Of a stretch of DNA of 64,000 nucleotides, positions 9,359-18,602 are shown piece by piece. This DNA is from an uncultured Chloroflexia bacterium. Its GTDB lineage: Bacteria > Chloroflexota > Limnocylindria > QHBO01. Position numbers and translations under genes: made by a program. A model generated the notes under the pieces. That model did no database searches. It had not been told where the DNA came from and saw only the letters and a program-made list of their open reading frames with translations. Numbering within the stretch: the first letter of the stretch is position 1; the number at the start of each line of letters is the position of its first letter. The stretch covers positions 771,021 through 835,020 of the forward strand of contig CAWHEV010000010.1 of assembly GCA_963828485.1 (NCBI GenBank). Reading direction: 5' to 3'.

Positions 9359-9790
9359 GTGGACGACGACCTCGCCGGAACGAACGTCAATCGCACGTAC
9401 TCGCTCGGCGCGATGAGCATCGCGATCTTCACGTTCATGCTGATCTTCCTGTATCCGCGATACGCGAGTGGCGAGGTCAACGCCCTGCTCTTCCAGGCCA
9501 CGCTCGTGGTGATGGGGGTGGCCACGTTTTCACTCGTGTTCGCGTCGTTTCACTTCTACGCGGCGTCGCTGGTGAGCCACATGAACGATGCCGAGCGGTT
9601 CCATTTCTCCCGGATCGGCGATCGCTTCTGGCTGGTCGGATCCAGCCTGCTGTTCGTGGCCCCGAGCATGGTGCTTGTCTCGGTCGGGCTCGTGGTCGTG
9701 GGGTCGATCTGGTTTGCGCTGTGGCTCGCCTATGTCGTCTTCGCGGTCCGCACATTCCCCCGCGTCCAGACCCGGCCGAAGGCCGACTGA
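9359..9790 (+). CDS. hypothetical small membrane protein (4 predicted TM)
   Basis: Hydrophobic segments IAIFTFMLIFLY, LVVMGVATFSLVFASF, FWLVGSSLLFVAPSMVLV, IWFALWLAYVVFAV. Good GC3 bias. Confidence 0.55.
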   Translation: MDDDLAGTNVNRTYSLGAMSIAIFTFMLIFLYPRYASGEVNALLFQATLVVMGVATFSLVFASFHFYAASLVSHMNDAERFHFSRIGDRFWLVGSSLLFVAPSMVLVSVGLVVVGSIWFALWLAYVVFAVRTFPRVQTRPKAD

Positions 9791-9814
9791 CCGAGACACG
9801 GTCCGCCGCAGCGG

Positions 9815-10250
9815 CTAGTGAGCCAGCACCTCCGCGGCATGAGAGGCAAAGCGACCGGGCGTGATGCCCAGATGGCGCTTGAACCGATGGGTCAGGTGCG
9901 CCTGATCGGAGAACCCGGAGGCCGCGGCAGCGTCGGCCAATGAATCCCCGGCCAGGATCCGCCCGCGGACCACCTCGAGGTCGTCGACGCACGACGTAGG
10001 CGTGCGGCGGGATTCCGAAGGCACGGACGAAGGCTCGCGTCGACTGGGTGGTCGACACACCGATGCGGGCGGCAACCGCCGCAGGGTCAGCGGCTCGAGA
10101 GCGACCCCTCGAGGATGGCGCGCACGCATTCGGCAACGTCATTGGCCATCGGTGAATCCGGCGCGGATCGGTTGACGCCGAGGGTGCCGCGCACGTGCTC
10201 GACGAGGAACGCGAGTCGTGTCTCGGCCATCGACGCGGAGTCGTAGCGCG
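9815..10250 (-). pseudogene. AraC/XylS-family regulator remnant: N-terminal sensor domain missing and two frameshifts inside the tandem HTH region
   Basis: Three consecutive minus frames read ..MANDVAECVRAILEGS | AADPAAVAARIGVSTTQSTRAFVRAFGIPPHAYVVRRR | LEVVRGRILAGDSLADAAAASGFSDQAHLTHRFKRHLGITPGRFA. This is a single AraC-type tandem HTH split by +/-1 shifts near 10090 and 9990. Confidence 0.6.
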
Positions 10251-10628
10251 TTCGCGATGCGGCTGGCCGGGACGGTCTACCTGCTCTACCTGGCCTGGCA
10301 GATCGCCGGCGCGCACGCCATGGAGCGCGGCGACGTCGCCCATCCGCTGACCATCCTCCAGGCGGCGCTCTTTCAGCCGATGAACCCAAAGGCCTGGTTC
10401 TTCACCATCGGCGCCGTGACGACCTTTCGCCCGGACGACATGTCGATGGTTGCCGGGAGTCTCGTGGTCGCCGCCGTGATGGTCGTGTTCATCGTGCCGA
10501 GCCAGGCCGTGTGGGCGATCGGCGGCGATCTTATCGGACGGTCGCTTACGAGCCCGCGAGCGCATCGGCTCCTCAGCGTGGTGCTCGCATTGCTCCTCCT
10601 GTCGACGATCGTGCTCGTGTGGGTCTGA
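10218..10628 (+). pseudogene. LysE/RhtB-family amino-acid exporter, 5'-truncated (TM1-3 missing)
   Basis: RLAGTVYLLYLAWQIA..LTILQAALFQPMNPKAWFFTIGAVTTF aligns to the central and C-terminal half of RhtB/LysE. The region that should encode its N-terminus is occupied by the AraC remnant on the other strand. Confidence 0.55.
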
Positions 10629-10667
10629 TGCGGTGGTACTGGAATCGATCGTGCTGGCAGAAGTCCG

Positions 10668-11354
10668 ATGGCAACGTACGCGCTGATTCACGGGGCCTAC
10701 GACGTGGGCTGGTACTGGCATCTCGTCGAGCGTGAGCTACAGGAGCGAGGGCACCGCAGCGTCGCGCCCGACCTTCCGATCGAGGACGACGACGCGAGCC
10801 TCGTCGACAATGCGCAGGTCGTGCTCGACGCCATCGATGGGATCCATGACGGTGGCGAGCTGATCGTGGTCGGGCAGTCGTGGGGTGGCTACGTCGCGCC
10901 GATCGTCGCGGACCGGGCGAAGGCGGATCGCCTCGTCCTGGTGGCTCCCATGGTCCCGCGGCCGGGCGAAACGGACACCGAGATGTGGGAGGCGACCGGC
11001 TGGAAGTTCCCGCAGGGTTCCGACGACCCCTTCTATCACGACGTCGACCCGGCGCTCGCGGCCGAGGCGAAGTCGCGCGAGCGTGGGCAATCGGAGACGA
11101 CGGGCCGCGAGCCCTGGCCGCTCGATGCCTGGCCGGACGTGCCCACGCACGTCATCATCGGTCGGGACGACCGGTTCTTCCCGGCCGATTGGCTGCGGGA
11201 GGTCGTCCGCGACCGGCTCGGGATCGAGCCAGATGAGATTGCGGCCGGCCACACGGTGGCGTTGAGCCAGCCGCACGAGCTGGTGGAGCTGATGGAGTCC
11301 TACAGGAGCAGGCCGACGCCGATCGCGATCAGCCAGACAGACCACGCTACGTAG
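10668..11354 (+). CDS. alpha/beta hydrolase
   Basis: Nucleophile elbow VVGQSWGG, HGAYDVGWYW N-terminus, Asp/His region IIGRDDRFFP..AGHTVALSQP. Confidence 0.8.
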   Translation: MATYALIHGAYDVGWYWHLVERELQERGHRSVAPDLPIEDDDASLVDNAQVVLDAIDGIHDGGELIVVGQSWGGYVAPIVADRAKADRLVLVAPMVPRPGETDTEMWEATGWKFPQGSDDPFYHDVDPALAAEAKSRERGQSETTGREPWPLDAWPDVPTHVIIGRDDRFFPADWLREVVRDRLGIEPDEIAAGHTVALSQPHELVELMESYRSRPTPIAISQTDHAT

Positions 11355-11992
11355 GCGATTGGCACGATCGTGCCGGCGATGGACCATCCGGCCCGCTCGT
11401 TCGGCCCGACGAACTCCAGGCTGCCAACCATGAGGGCGACACCGATCGGCACCCCGATCCAGCCGAGCCAGGCGGCGACAGCCTCGGCCGAAACGATGGA
11501 CACGGCGACCAGCAGCGTCCAGAGGCCGGTCAGCAGATACCCGAGATGCTCTCCGATGCCGACCCCCAGGAGCCGGTGCATGGTCGCGAAGACAACCTCG
11601 ATCGCTTGGCGTTCGGCGGCCGCCTCGGGTCCCTGCGCCGCGACATATCGCCTTGCGAGCTCGGGAACGGCGAACGGCCAACGTACGAGGCCGAGCGACT
11701 GGACGATCGCAGCCGCCACCCCGGTCACGATGCCAGTCACCGTCAGCGCCGAGTCGGCTCCCAGCGCCACGCCGACCAGAGCGGCCAGCGGGAGCATCGC
11801 GACTGCGCTCAGGAGCAATGCCTGCCACCGGAGCACCAATGGCGTCCCGCCCGCGGCAAATCGGCTCAGGATCTGCCCGGTCGGCTCACGCAGGATCGTC
11901 GGGTAGTCGAATGTCCGGCCGAGCTCGAAGAACGCGAGGTTGAATGCCACCGGGACAACGATCAGCAGGATGCCTGCGGCGGTTTCCGACAT
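11300..11992 (-). CDS. DUF4386-like integral membrane protein
   Basis: Six hydrophobic helices. LGRTFDYPTILREP motif. Coding GC3 bias. Confidence 0.6.
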   Translation of the reverse strand: MSETAAGILLIVVPVAFNLAFFELGRTFDYPTILREPTGQILSRFAAGGTPLVLRWQALLLSAVAMLPLAALVGVALGADSALTVTGIVTGVAAAIVQSLGLVRWPFAVPELARRYVAAQGPEAAAERQAIEVVFATMHRLLGVGIGEHLGYLLTGLWTLLVAVSIVSAEAVAAWLGWIGVPIGVALMVGSLEFVGPNERAGWSIAGTIVPIAYVAWSVWLIAIGVGLLL

Positions 11993-12011
11993 CGGCTTCT
12001 CGGGCGGCCCG

Positions 12012-12212
12012 TCAGTCGAAGTCCCAGATCCCGCGTCCGGCCGAGAACTGGAGGACGAGCCCGCAGCGCTTGCAGATCTGCAGCACGAGCTTGTGGCTGG
12101 TGATCCCCCAGCGGGAATCCATCCGGCCCTGCTGGCGGTCGAACTCCGCGCTCCCGCACAGCGGGCACTTCAGGACGGGCTTCGAGGCTTCCTCGGCGCG
12201 TTCCCAGGTCAT
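12012..12212 (-). CDS. small C4 zinc-ribbon protein
   Basis: MTWERAEEASKPVLKCPLCGSAEFD..LQICKRCGLVLQF has two CxxC pairs. Confidence 0.55.
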   Translation of the reverse strand: MTWERAEEASKPVLKCPLCGSAEFDRQQGRMDSRWGITSHKLVLQICKRCGLVLQFSAGRGIWDFD

Positions 12213-12272
12213 CGGTGACTCCTCTGACGTGCTCACAAAAGCCTAGCAAGTGCGATCCGGGCGTGGTGCTTG

Positions 12273-12839
12273 TCACGGTCGGGCGTAGACCTGCAACACG
12301 ATCCCCGATCGGAACGGCGTGCATTCGGTCAATGCCAGGCCTTGAACGGTCATGTCATCGGGCATCAGGTTGCGGCCGCGGCTGCTGAGCACCGGGTAGA
12401 CGAACAGCCGGTACTCGTCGACGAGGTCTGCGCGCATGAGTGCGTGAACCACGCTGATGCTGCCGGTCACACCCAGCTCACCACGATCGCCCTGGCCCTT
12501 GAGGGCCGCGACCTCGTCCTCGAGCCGCCCTGAGAGCAGCGTGCTGTTCGACCAAGCCGGATCGGTCATCGTCGAGGACGCGACGTATTTGGGCACCCGA
12601 TTCAGGTGCTCCGTGCTTCCGGACGCGTCGTCGGCCTGCAGCGGCCAGTATCCGCGGAAGTCTTCAAAGGTCTTCCTTCCCAGCAGGAGCGCTTCCTCAC
12701 GCGCCATCTGGTCGCGCATGACCGCAAAGAGATCGTCAGCGTCATCCTGATCCGCAGGGTCGAACCAGTCGTCGATGAACTCGACAACCCCGTTCACGGT
12801 GATGTTTTCGGTCACGACGAGCCGGCGGTTGCGGGGCAT
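12273..12839 (-). CDS. dihydrofolate reductase-like (RibD C-terminal domain) family protein
   Basis: RRLVVTENITVNGVVEF..GRKTFEDF..ELGVTGSISVVHALMRADLVDEYRLFVYPVLSSRG. Confidence 0.75.
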   Translation of the reverse strand: MPRNRRLVVTENITVNGVVEFIDDWFDPADQDDADDLFAVMRDQMAREEALLLGRKTFEDFRGYWPLQADDASGSTEHLNRVPKYVASSTMTDPAWSNSTLLSGRLEDEVAALKGQGDRGELGVTGSISVVHALMRADLVDEYRLFVYPVLSSRGRNLMPDDMTVQGLALTECTPFRSGIVLQVYARP

Positions 12840-13002
12840 GGCAGCCTCTCCCAAGGTGATGGTCGGTACCTGATTCAGACCCTGCACGCTGGCCGAACTC
12901 ATCATCGGCTCTCATTCACGACCGCATCCGCTCAGCGAGGCGCGTCACCTAGAATCGAAGTCGCCATGACTGCCGAACCCAGGCGATGAGCGGAGGGCTT
13001 GA

Positions 13003-13701
13003 ATGAAGATCACGGTCGTGGGGGCGAGCGGGCTCATCGGGACCAGGGTCACGGAGCTGCTGAAGGGCCAGGGCCACGACGTCGTTGCCGCCTCACGCGC
13101 AACCGGCTTGGACGTCCTCACCGGGGCGGGCCTGGCAGATGCGCTTGCCGGTGCCGAGGCTCTTGTCGACGTCACCAACTCACCATCGTTCGAGGCAGAC
13201 GCGGTCATGGAGTTCTTCACCACCTCGGCCACGAACATTGCGGCGGCCGCCCGAGAGGCCGGCGTCGGCCACTACGTCGCGCTGTCGATCGTCGGCGTCG
13301 ACGGCCTGCCGGACAGTGGGTACTTCCGCGCCAAGGTGGCCCAGGAGAAGATCATCACCGAGTCCGGCATCCCCTACTCGATCGTCCACGCCACCCAGTT
13401 CGCCGAGTTCGCCGACCAGATCACCGACTCCATGACAGTCGGCGACGAGGTCCATGTGCCCGATGCGCTGATCCAGCCAGTCCCGGCCGATCAGGTGGCC
13501 GCCGCGGTCGCCATGGCAGCCTCCGGGCGGCCGATCGACGGCATCGTGGACGTCGGTGGCCCGGAGAAGATCACGTTCGAGCAGTTTGCCCACGACGCAC
13601 TGGCACGGAAGGGCGACGAGACGAAGAGGGTCGTCGTCGATCCGGAGGCCCGCTACTTCGGGGCGGCCCTGAAGACTCGCAGCCTGGTCACGCCCGACTA
13701 G
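13003..13701 (+). CDS. NAD(P)H-binding NmrA/SDR-like oxidoreductase
   Basis: MKITVVGASGLIGTRVTELL is a Rossmann GxxGxxG. GGAGGG SD lies before the ATG. Confidence 0.8.
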   Translation: MKITVVGASGLIGTRVTELLKGQGHDVVAASRATGLDVLTGAGLADALAGAEALVDVTNSPSFEADAVMEFFTTSATNIAAAAREAGVGHYVALSIVGVDGLPDSGYFRAKVAQEKIITESGIPYSIVHATQFAEFADQITDSMTVGDEVHVPDALIQPVPADQVAAAVAMAASGRPIDGIVDVGGPEKITFEQFAHDALARKGDETKRVVVDPEARYFGAALKTRSLVTPD

Positions 13702-13732
13702 GGCAGCGCGCTGGTCATCAGGTGCGCCTCAT

Positions 13733-14374
13733 TCACTTCACGACGCGGTACTTGAGGTGCGCCACCCCCGGCGCCTCGATCGTGCGGAGCTCCTCGAGCT
13801 TCAGAGCCGGGCCGACGCCCTCGAAGAGGCGCGCGCCGCCGCCCAGAAGGAGCGGGACGATGTGGAGCTCCACCTCGTCGACGAGGCCGGCCGCCAGATA
13901 CTGATTGATGACGTCGGCGCCGCCGCCGATGAAGACGTCCTTGTCGCCGGCAGCGGCCCGCGCTTGCTCGAGGGCGGACTCGATGCCATCGGTAACGAAG
14001 GTGAAGGTCGTGTCAGACAGGGTCAGTGGCTCGCGCTCGTGATGGGTGAGGACGAAGACCGGCTTGTGAAACGGCGGCTCGTCACCCCACCAGCCACGCC
14101 ACGGATCGTCGCCCCATTCGCCGCGGGTCGCGGGACCGAACTTGCCCCGACCCATGATCTCGGCCCCGACGTTGGCGTGCTCCTCTTTCACGATATCGCT
14201 GCTGGCGTCCTCCTCGCCACCCTCCAGGCCGGCGGCCTCGCGCCACGCCCTCAGCCTGACCAGCCAGTTGTGAAGGTCTTCGCCGCCCTCACCTAGCGGG
14301 TCCTTCTGGCTCTGGTTCGGCCCGGCGACGTAGCCGTCCAGCGAGGTCGAGATGTGCACTCGTACCTTGCTCAT
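13733..14374 (-). CDS. dihydrofolate reductase-like (RibD C-terminal domain) family protein
   Basis: MSKVRVHISTSLDGYVAGPN..FIGGGADVINQYLAAGLVDEVELHIVPLLLGGGARLFE. Confidence 0.8.
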   Translation of the reverse strand: MSKVRVHISTSLDGYVAGPNQSQKDPLGEGGEDLHNWLVRLRAWREAAGLEGGEEDASSDIVKEEHANVGAEIMGRGKFGPATRGEWGDDPWRGWWGDEPPFHKPVFVLTHHEREPLTLSDTTFTFVTDGIESALEQARAAAGDKDVFIGGGADVINQYLAAGLVDEVELHIVPLLLGGGARLFEGVGPALKLEELRTIEAPGVAHLKYRVVK

Positions 14375-14382
14375 GTGCCGGC

Positions 14383-14910
14383 TCACAGCTTCCAGCGGGT
14401 GGCGCCGTTCGGCTCTGCCGTTGCGACAGCCCAGATCGTGGTCGGCGTGATCTCGTACACGTCCCATGGCGGCGGACCGGCGCTCGGTGCGCTGTACTCG
14501 TGCCAGAAGGCACCATCCCGCACCTCCGGACCCCAATCGTCGTACAGGGCGGCGATGCGCTGCAGCTCTCCGTCATCACGAACGATCTTCGCTTCTCCCT
14601 CGGCGACGATGTCGACTCCCCGCGCCGCAATGCTGACCATGCAGCTCGGGTCGTGGGCGAGGTTCTTGCCCTTCTGCGTCCGCGCGCCGGTCGACAGGTA
14701 GAACTCTTCTCCATCCCACACGATGCCGACCCCCATCATGTGCGGACGCCCGTCCGGTCGCGTGGTGGCGAGCCAGAAGTGACTCGCCGAATCTGCGACC
14801 TCAAGGTCGCGGACTCCGTCCAGGGCATCGATCACGCGCTTCCATTCGAGCGGCGGGGAGCCGTAGCGGTCGAGATTCGTCGTCTCGCGCGGGGCGATCT
14901 TCGTGGTCAT
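14383..14910 (-). CDS. pyridoxamine 5'-phosphate oxidase-family protein (probably F420/FMN-binding split-barrel)
   Basis: HFWLATTRPDGRPHMMGVGIVWDGEEFYLSTGARTQKGKNLAHDPSCMVS. ATG 14910 has a GGAGAAG SD 6 nt upstream. The track extension to 15027 is 5'UTR. Confidence 0.7.
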   Translation of the reverse strand: MTTKIAPRETTNLDRYGSPPLEWKRVIDALDGVRDLEVADSASHFWLATTRPDGRPHMMGVGIVWDGEEFYLSTGARTQKGKNLAHDPSCMVSIAARGVDIVAEGEAKIVRDDGELQRIAALYDDWGPEVRDGAFWHEYSAPSAGPPPWDVYEITPTTIWAVATAEPNGATRWKL

Positions 14911-14975
14911 CGGATCTTCTCCTGCGGTCTGCGGGGTCGGCGTCGGTACGGACGGATTCTGAGTGGCGGCCATCC

Positions 14976-15013
14976 TGTCAGCCGATATATCACTACTGAT
15001 ATAACGCGTGACA
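14976..15013. promoter_or_regulatory. AT-rich nested palindrome upstream of the PPOX-family gene (candidate operator)
   Basis: TGTCAgccgaTATATCActacTGATATAacgcgTGACA. Inner arms are 7 bp perfect, outer arms 5 bp perfect. It lies about 65-100 nt upstream of ATG 14910. Confidence 0.4.
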
Positions 15014-15071
15014 GTCGGCGGATTCATCGGTCAGAGGTCTCTCTTAGCCGCCTGCAAGGCAGCGGCCAGCG

Positions 15072-15464
15072 CTATCGAGGGCGGATCGCGGCGAGCTCAG
15101 CGGCCGCGGCGGTGTAGCGCACGAGCGCCTCGGTCGGGATCCGGTCGCCCGGCCCATACGTGACGTAGCGGACCTTCTTGAGGTCCAGGTGGGCGCCTCG
15201 CAGCCGGCGGTCCGGATCGTCCATCCAGACGCCGTACTGGAAGCCCAGATGGACGTGCTCGGGCTCAGGGGCGACGAAGGCGAAGTACCGGGTCCGGAGG
15301 CCGACGGGCACGTCGTAGCCAATCAACCGCCAGCCGGTTCTGACACGCTCCACCGCCTCGGGCACGGCCTCGTGGACCACGGCGCGAAGCCTCTCGGCGA
15401 TGTCGCGGATCTCACCCGGATAGCCGGCGAGAAACAGCTCCGGAGGAATCGGCTCCGAGCCCAC
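15072..15464 (-). CDS. DUF1801 (YdhG-like) domain protein
   Basis: VGSEPIPPELFLAGYPGEIRDIAERLRAVVHEAVPEAVERVRTGWRLIGYD..VHLGFQYG. GTG start with a GAGG SD. Lies 1 nt after the ltrA-like stop. Confidence 0.55.
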   Translation of the reverse strand: MGSEPIPPELFLAGYPGEIRDIAERLRAVVHEAVPEAVERVRTGWRLIGYDVPVGLRTRYFAFVAPEPEHVHLGFQYGVWMDDPDRRLRGAHLDLKKVRYVTYGPGDRIPTEALVRYTAAAAELAAIRPR

Positions 15465-15465
15465 G

Positions 15466-16683
15466 CTACGCCTCGTCGCCGATGTCCGGGTTGCGGCCGG
15501 TCCTCGGGCCGATCCGGCGGGCCTCCTCCGTGGTAAACGCGCCGCGGTGGTCCCGGATCCACGAGCGGGCGTACGGGTAGCGAAGCGCTTCGTAGGCGAT
15601 GAGCGCCACGCACGCCGCGGCGACGAGGGCGATCGCGACAAGGGCCGGCACGACGGTGGCCACCGGCACCAGCGCAAGCAGGACGACCGTCACCACCGGC
15701 CGTCCATGACCCCACCCGCCGCCGGTCCGAAGGCGGTGCGCGACGTGGCCGGCGAAGTACAGCGCCAGCCCGCCACACAGGCCGACGGCCGAGATGACGT
15801 CGAGCGGGTCGCCGACGTGCCCGAGTGTCGTCTTCACGCCGAGCGCGAACAGCACGATGCCGGCGACCATCGGCAGGTGGAGGTAGGAGTAGAGGTCGCG
15901 TGCGAGGATGGCCCGCTCCTCCCCCCTCGCCTCGGCAAGCCGCGCCTGGGCCACGTAGATGACCCAGTCGAAGTACGCCCACCACAGCGCGCACGCCACC
16001 GTGATTCCCAGGAGCGCCGCCGCGATCACCGATGCCTCGAGCTCCACGTCGGCGGCGCCGATGCCAATGGCGACGATCGACTCACCGAGGGCGATGATGA
16101 TGATCAGCCCGTGGCGCTCGACGAAGTGCTCCGCCTCGACACGCCAGCCCCGCATGCCGACGACGAGCAGCCAGCCGTAGTCAAGCGCCAGCGCCACGGC
16201 CCAGACCGCCATCTGTGCCGGGCCGTCGAGGAATCCGGCCACGACGAGGAGCGCCGCGCCCAGCAGGGCACTGGGCAGGATCTTCAGGACCGCGCGCTCG
16301 AGGTCCGGATCGTCGCGACCGGCGATGGCGTACAGGACGAGATGGAGCGCACGCACGAAGAGATAGGCGACTCCGAACAGGACGCCATCGACATCGAAGG
16401 CGTGCGGCGTAGCCAGCGCCACGATCAGCATCGCGCCCATCGAGGCGAACATGGCGATGCGAACCGCACCCTCTTCGGGGTCGAGCGTGTTGGTGAGCCA
16501 GGCATAGGCGGCCCATGCCCACCAGAGCGCGGCGAGGATGAACAGGCCGCGCAGGAGGCCACCCCAGGTCAGGTCGTCGGCGAGGAACGCCGTCACCTGG
16601 GTGATTGCGAACACGAAGACGAGGTCGAAGAACAGCTCGAGGTGCGTGACCCGGTGTTCGGCTTCGCTGCTGTGGTCGGTCAT
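15466..16683 (-). CDS. low-temperature-requirement A (LtrA)-family membrane protein
   Basis: MTDHSSEAEHRVTHLELFFDLVFVFAITQV is the LtrA N-terminal signature, followed by about 10 TM helices. Confidence 0.8.
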   Translation of the reverse strand: MTDHSSEAEHRVTHLELFFDLVFVFAITQVTAFLADDLTWGGLLRGLFILAALWWAWAAYAWLTNTLDPEEGAVRIAMFASMGAMLIVALATPHAFDVDGVLFGVAYLFVRALHLVLYAIAGRDDPDLERAVLKILPSALLGAALLVVAGFLDGPAQMAVWAVALALDYGWLLVVGMRGWRVEAEHFVERHGLIIIIALGESIVAIGIGAADVELEASVIAAALLGITVACALWWAYFDWVIYVAQARLAEARGEERAILARDLYSYLHLPMVAGIVLFALGVKTTLGHVGDPLDVISAVGLCGGLALYFAGHVAHRLRTGGGWGHGRPVVTVVLLALVPVATVVPALVAIALVAAACVALIAYEALRYPYARSWIRDHRGAFTTEEARRIGPRTGRNPDIGDEA

Positions 16684-16809
16684 TTCGACATCCCATCCGG
16701 CTGCCCACGTGCAGCCTGAGCGTAGCCCGACTGCTGGCGAGGCGTCGGGGCCGCGCCGTGCGGTCGCAGGTTCGTGCAAGATCGAGCGGTGCGGAGTAGA
16801 GCGCCGGTC

Positions 16810-17622
16810 ATGGCCAGGCTATCGATTGCGGTAGTCGGGCTCGTCCTGGCCGCATGCGCCGGCGCAGCGCCGGCCTCTTCGAGCGCTGCCGCGGTGCCGT
16901 CGCTCGCTCAGCTCGGACCGTTTCCGAGCGACCTCGTGGGCGGCCTCCGGACTGAGACGGATGTGGCGTACACCGACACGACCGACTGCGGCGGGACGCC
17001 GTGCCAGGTGCCGGGAGACGTCCTGGCACCGACCGAGGGCGGCGACCTGCCCACGATCGTGATGCTGGGCGGCGGCTCGACACCGTTCGCGGAACGCCGC
17101 TACCAGGAGGACCTCGCCATCGCGCTGGCCGAACGCGGGGCCGTCGTGTTCCTGATGTCGTATCGCTCGGCCGTGACCGGGAACTACGACTCCGACGGCT
17201 TCAGCGACGTCCGCTGCGCCGTGCGCTTCGCTCGCTCCACGACCGATGCGTACGGCGGCGATCCGAATCGGGTCGTCGTGGTCGGCCATTCGCAGGGCGG
17301 CTTCATGGCCCTCGAGGTCGCCCTCGAGCCGGAAGCTGAGGCGGACGGTTGCCTGGCCGACGGAAGCGGAAAGCCCGATGGCGTCATCGCCCTGGGCAGC
17401 CCGAACCCCTCGCTCGCCGGGGCCGGCGACTCCGCTCCCCCACTGTGGATCTTCAACGGCGCCGACGATGGGGACGCGGACGGCATCGCCGAGCGTCTGC
17501 GGGACGCGGGCTTCGATGCCGAGAGCCACGAGCTCCCGGGTGTGACCCATGACGGCATCACCGACCCGGCTGCGGCACCCGAGGTCGTCGACCTCATCGT
17601 CGAGGCAATCAACTCGATCTGA
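16810..17622 (+). CDS. secreted lipoprotein alpha/beta hydrolase (esterase/dienelactone hydrolase-like)
   Basis: Lipobox LVLAAC after MARLSIAVVG. VVGHSQGG nucleophile elbow. Confidence 0.75.
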   Translation: MARLSIAVVGLVLAACAGAAPASSSAAAVPSLAQLGPFPSDLVGGLRTETDVAYTDTTDCGGTPCQVPGDVLAPTEGGDLPTIVMLGGGSTPFAERRYQEDLAIALAERGAVVFLMSYRSAVTGNYDSDGFSDVRCAVRFARSTTDAYGGDPNRVVVVGHSQGGFMALEVALEPEAEADGCLADGSGKPDGVIALGSPNPSLAGAGDSAPPLWIFNGADDGDADGIAERLRDAGFDAESHELPGVTHDGITDPAAAPEVVDLIVEAINSI

Positions 17623-17632
17623 AAGGGAACCG

Positions 17633-18046
17633 ATGGATATCATCGATCGGCACTTCGCCGCCGAGAACGCTCACGACGTCCAGGCGACCCTGGACACATA
17701 CACCGATGACATCGTCTGGGACGACGTCACCCATCCCGACTCCCCGTTCCGCGGCAAGGACGAGGTCGCGCGGGTCTACTCCGGAATCATTGAGGCGATT
17801 CCCGACGTCACGCTGACCTCGGTCAGGAGGTTCACCGGCGAGGGCGGCCGCTACGTCGTGGACGAGTCGATCATCACCGGCCACGTTCACGGGTCGTGGG
17901 CGGGCATGGCCGGTGGCGGCGCGCCGGTCGAGGTGCGCATGCTCCACGTGTTCGAGCTCCGCGACGGGCTCATCTGCTACGAGAACGCCTGGTTCGACGC
18001 CTCGGCCGTGCAGCGCCAGATCACTGCCTTTCGCGCGGGCGGCTAG
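17633..18046 (+). CDS. SnoaL-like / NTF2-like (ketosteroid isomerase-like) protein
   Basis: MDIIDRHFAAENAHDVQATLDTYTDDIVWDD. AAGGGA SD. Confidence 0.75.
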   Translation: MDIIDRHFAAENAHDVQATLDTYTDDIVWDDVTHPDSPFRGKDEVARVYSGIIEAIPDVTLTSVRRFTGEGGRYVVDESIITGHVHGSWAGMAGGGAPVEVRMLHVFELRDGLICYENAWFDASAVQRQITAFRAGG

Positions 18047-18507
18047 GCCGACTCCGCCTCGGCCTTTAGGTCCGCCGCGTAGCGCTCGAAGATCGGCTTG
18101 AAGTCGGGCAGCCTACCCGCCGCCATCGGGAGCACCAGGCCGGAGAAGACCTCGATCATCTCGAACTTCGTGATGTCGCCGGACGCTGGCGTCAGCCGGT
18201 ACGTGCGTGCACCGCGGAACATGATCGGGTTGCCCTGGGTCCAGATCATCTCGCGCGGCGGCGTGAACGTCGTCACCTTGACCTCGAAGACCCTGTCGGG
18301 AGCCTCCGGGACCTCCATCCTGACGGTGCCGCCGGGCTCGATGGTCCCCGCCATGCTCGTCAAGGTCGAGTTCCACCGCACCATGTCGTCGGCGTCGGTG
18401 AGGAGCCCCCAGATCCTCTCCGGGGTAGCACGGATCTCTGCCGTAACGGCGCACTCCCGCCGGAAGAGGGAGTTGGAGGTCGTCGCTGCGATCGCCTGAT
18501 CGCTCAC
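18043..18507 (-). CDS. SRPBCC (polyketide cyclase/AHSA1-like) family protein
   Basis: FRRECAVTAEIRATPERIWGLLTDADDMVRWNS. Confidence 0.75.
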   Translation of the reverse strand: MSDQAIAATTSNSLFRRECAVTAEIRATPERIWGLLTDADDMVRWNSTLTSMAGTIEPGGTVRMEVPEAPDRVFEVKVTTFTPPREMIWTQGNPIMFRGARTYRLTPASGDITKFEMIEVFSGLVLPMAAGRLPDFKPIFERYAADLKAEAESA

Positions 18508-18602
18508 GCGCCCATCGTAGCAAGCCGATCCGGCTGCGCGCCCCTTGGTCGAGGTCTTGCTGAGTCGTGCGGCATCGTTCCGACTAGATAGGAGCCCCCA
18601 CG

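Noticed and set aside
9477-11828. Minus-strand ORFs 9477-10721 (414 aa) and 10737-11828 (363 aa)
   Set aside because: Arg/Pro-rich nonsense composition. They overlap the alpha/beta-hydrolase and DUF4386 genes on the opposite strand. The first merely threads through the AraC remnant's middle frame.
15547-16719. Plus-strand 390-aa ORF opposite the ltrA-like gene
   Set aside because: Antisense to a well-supported membrane protein. The translation is Arg/Asp/Gly-rich with no hydrophobic segments or motifs.
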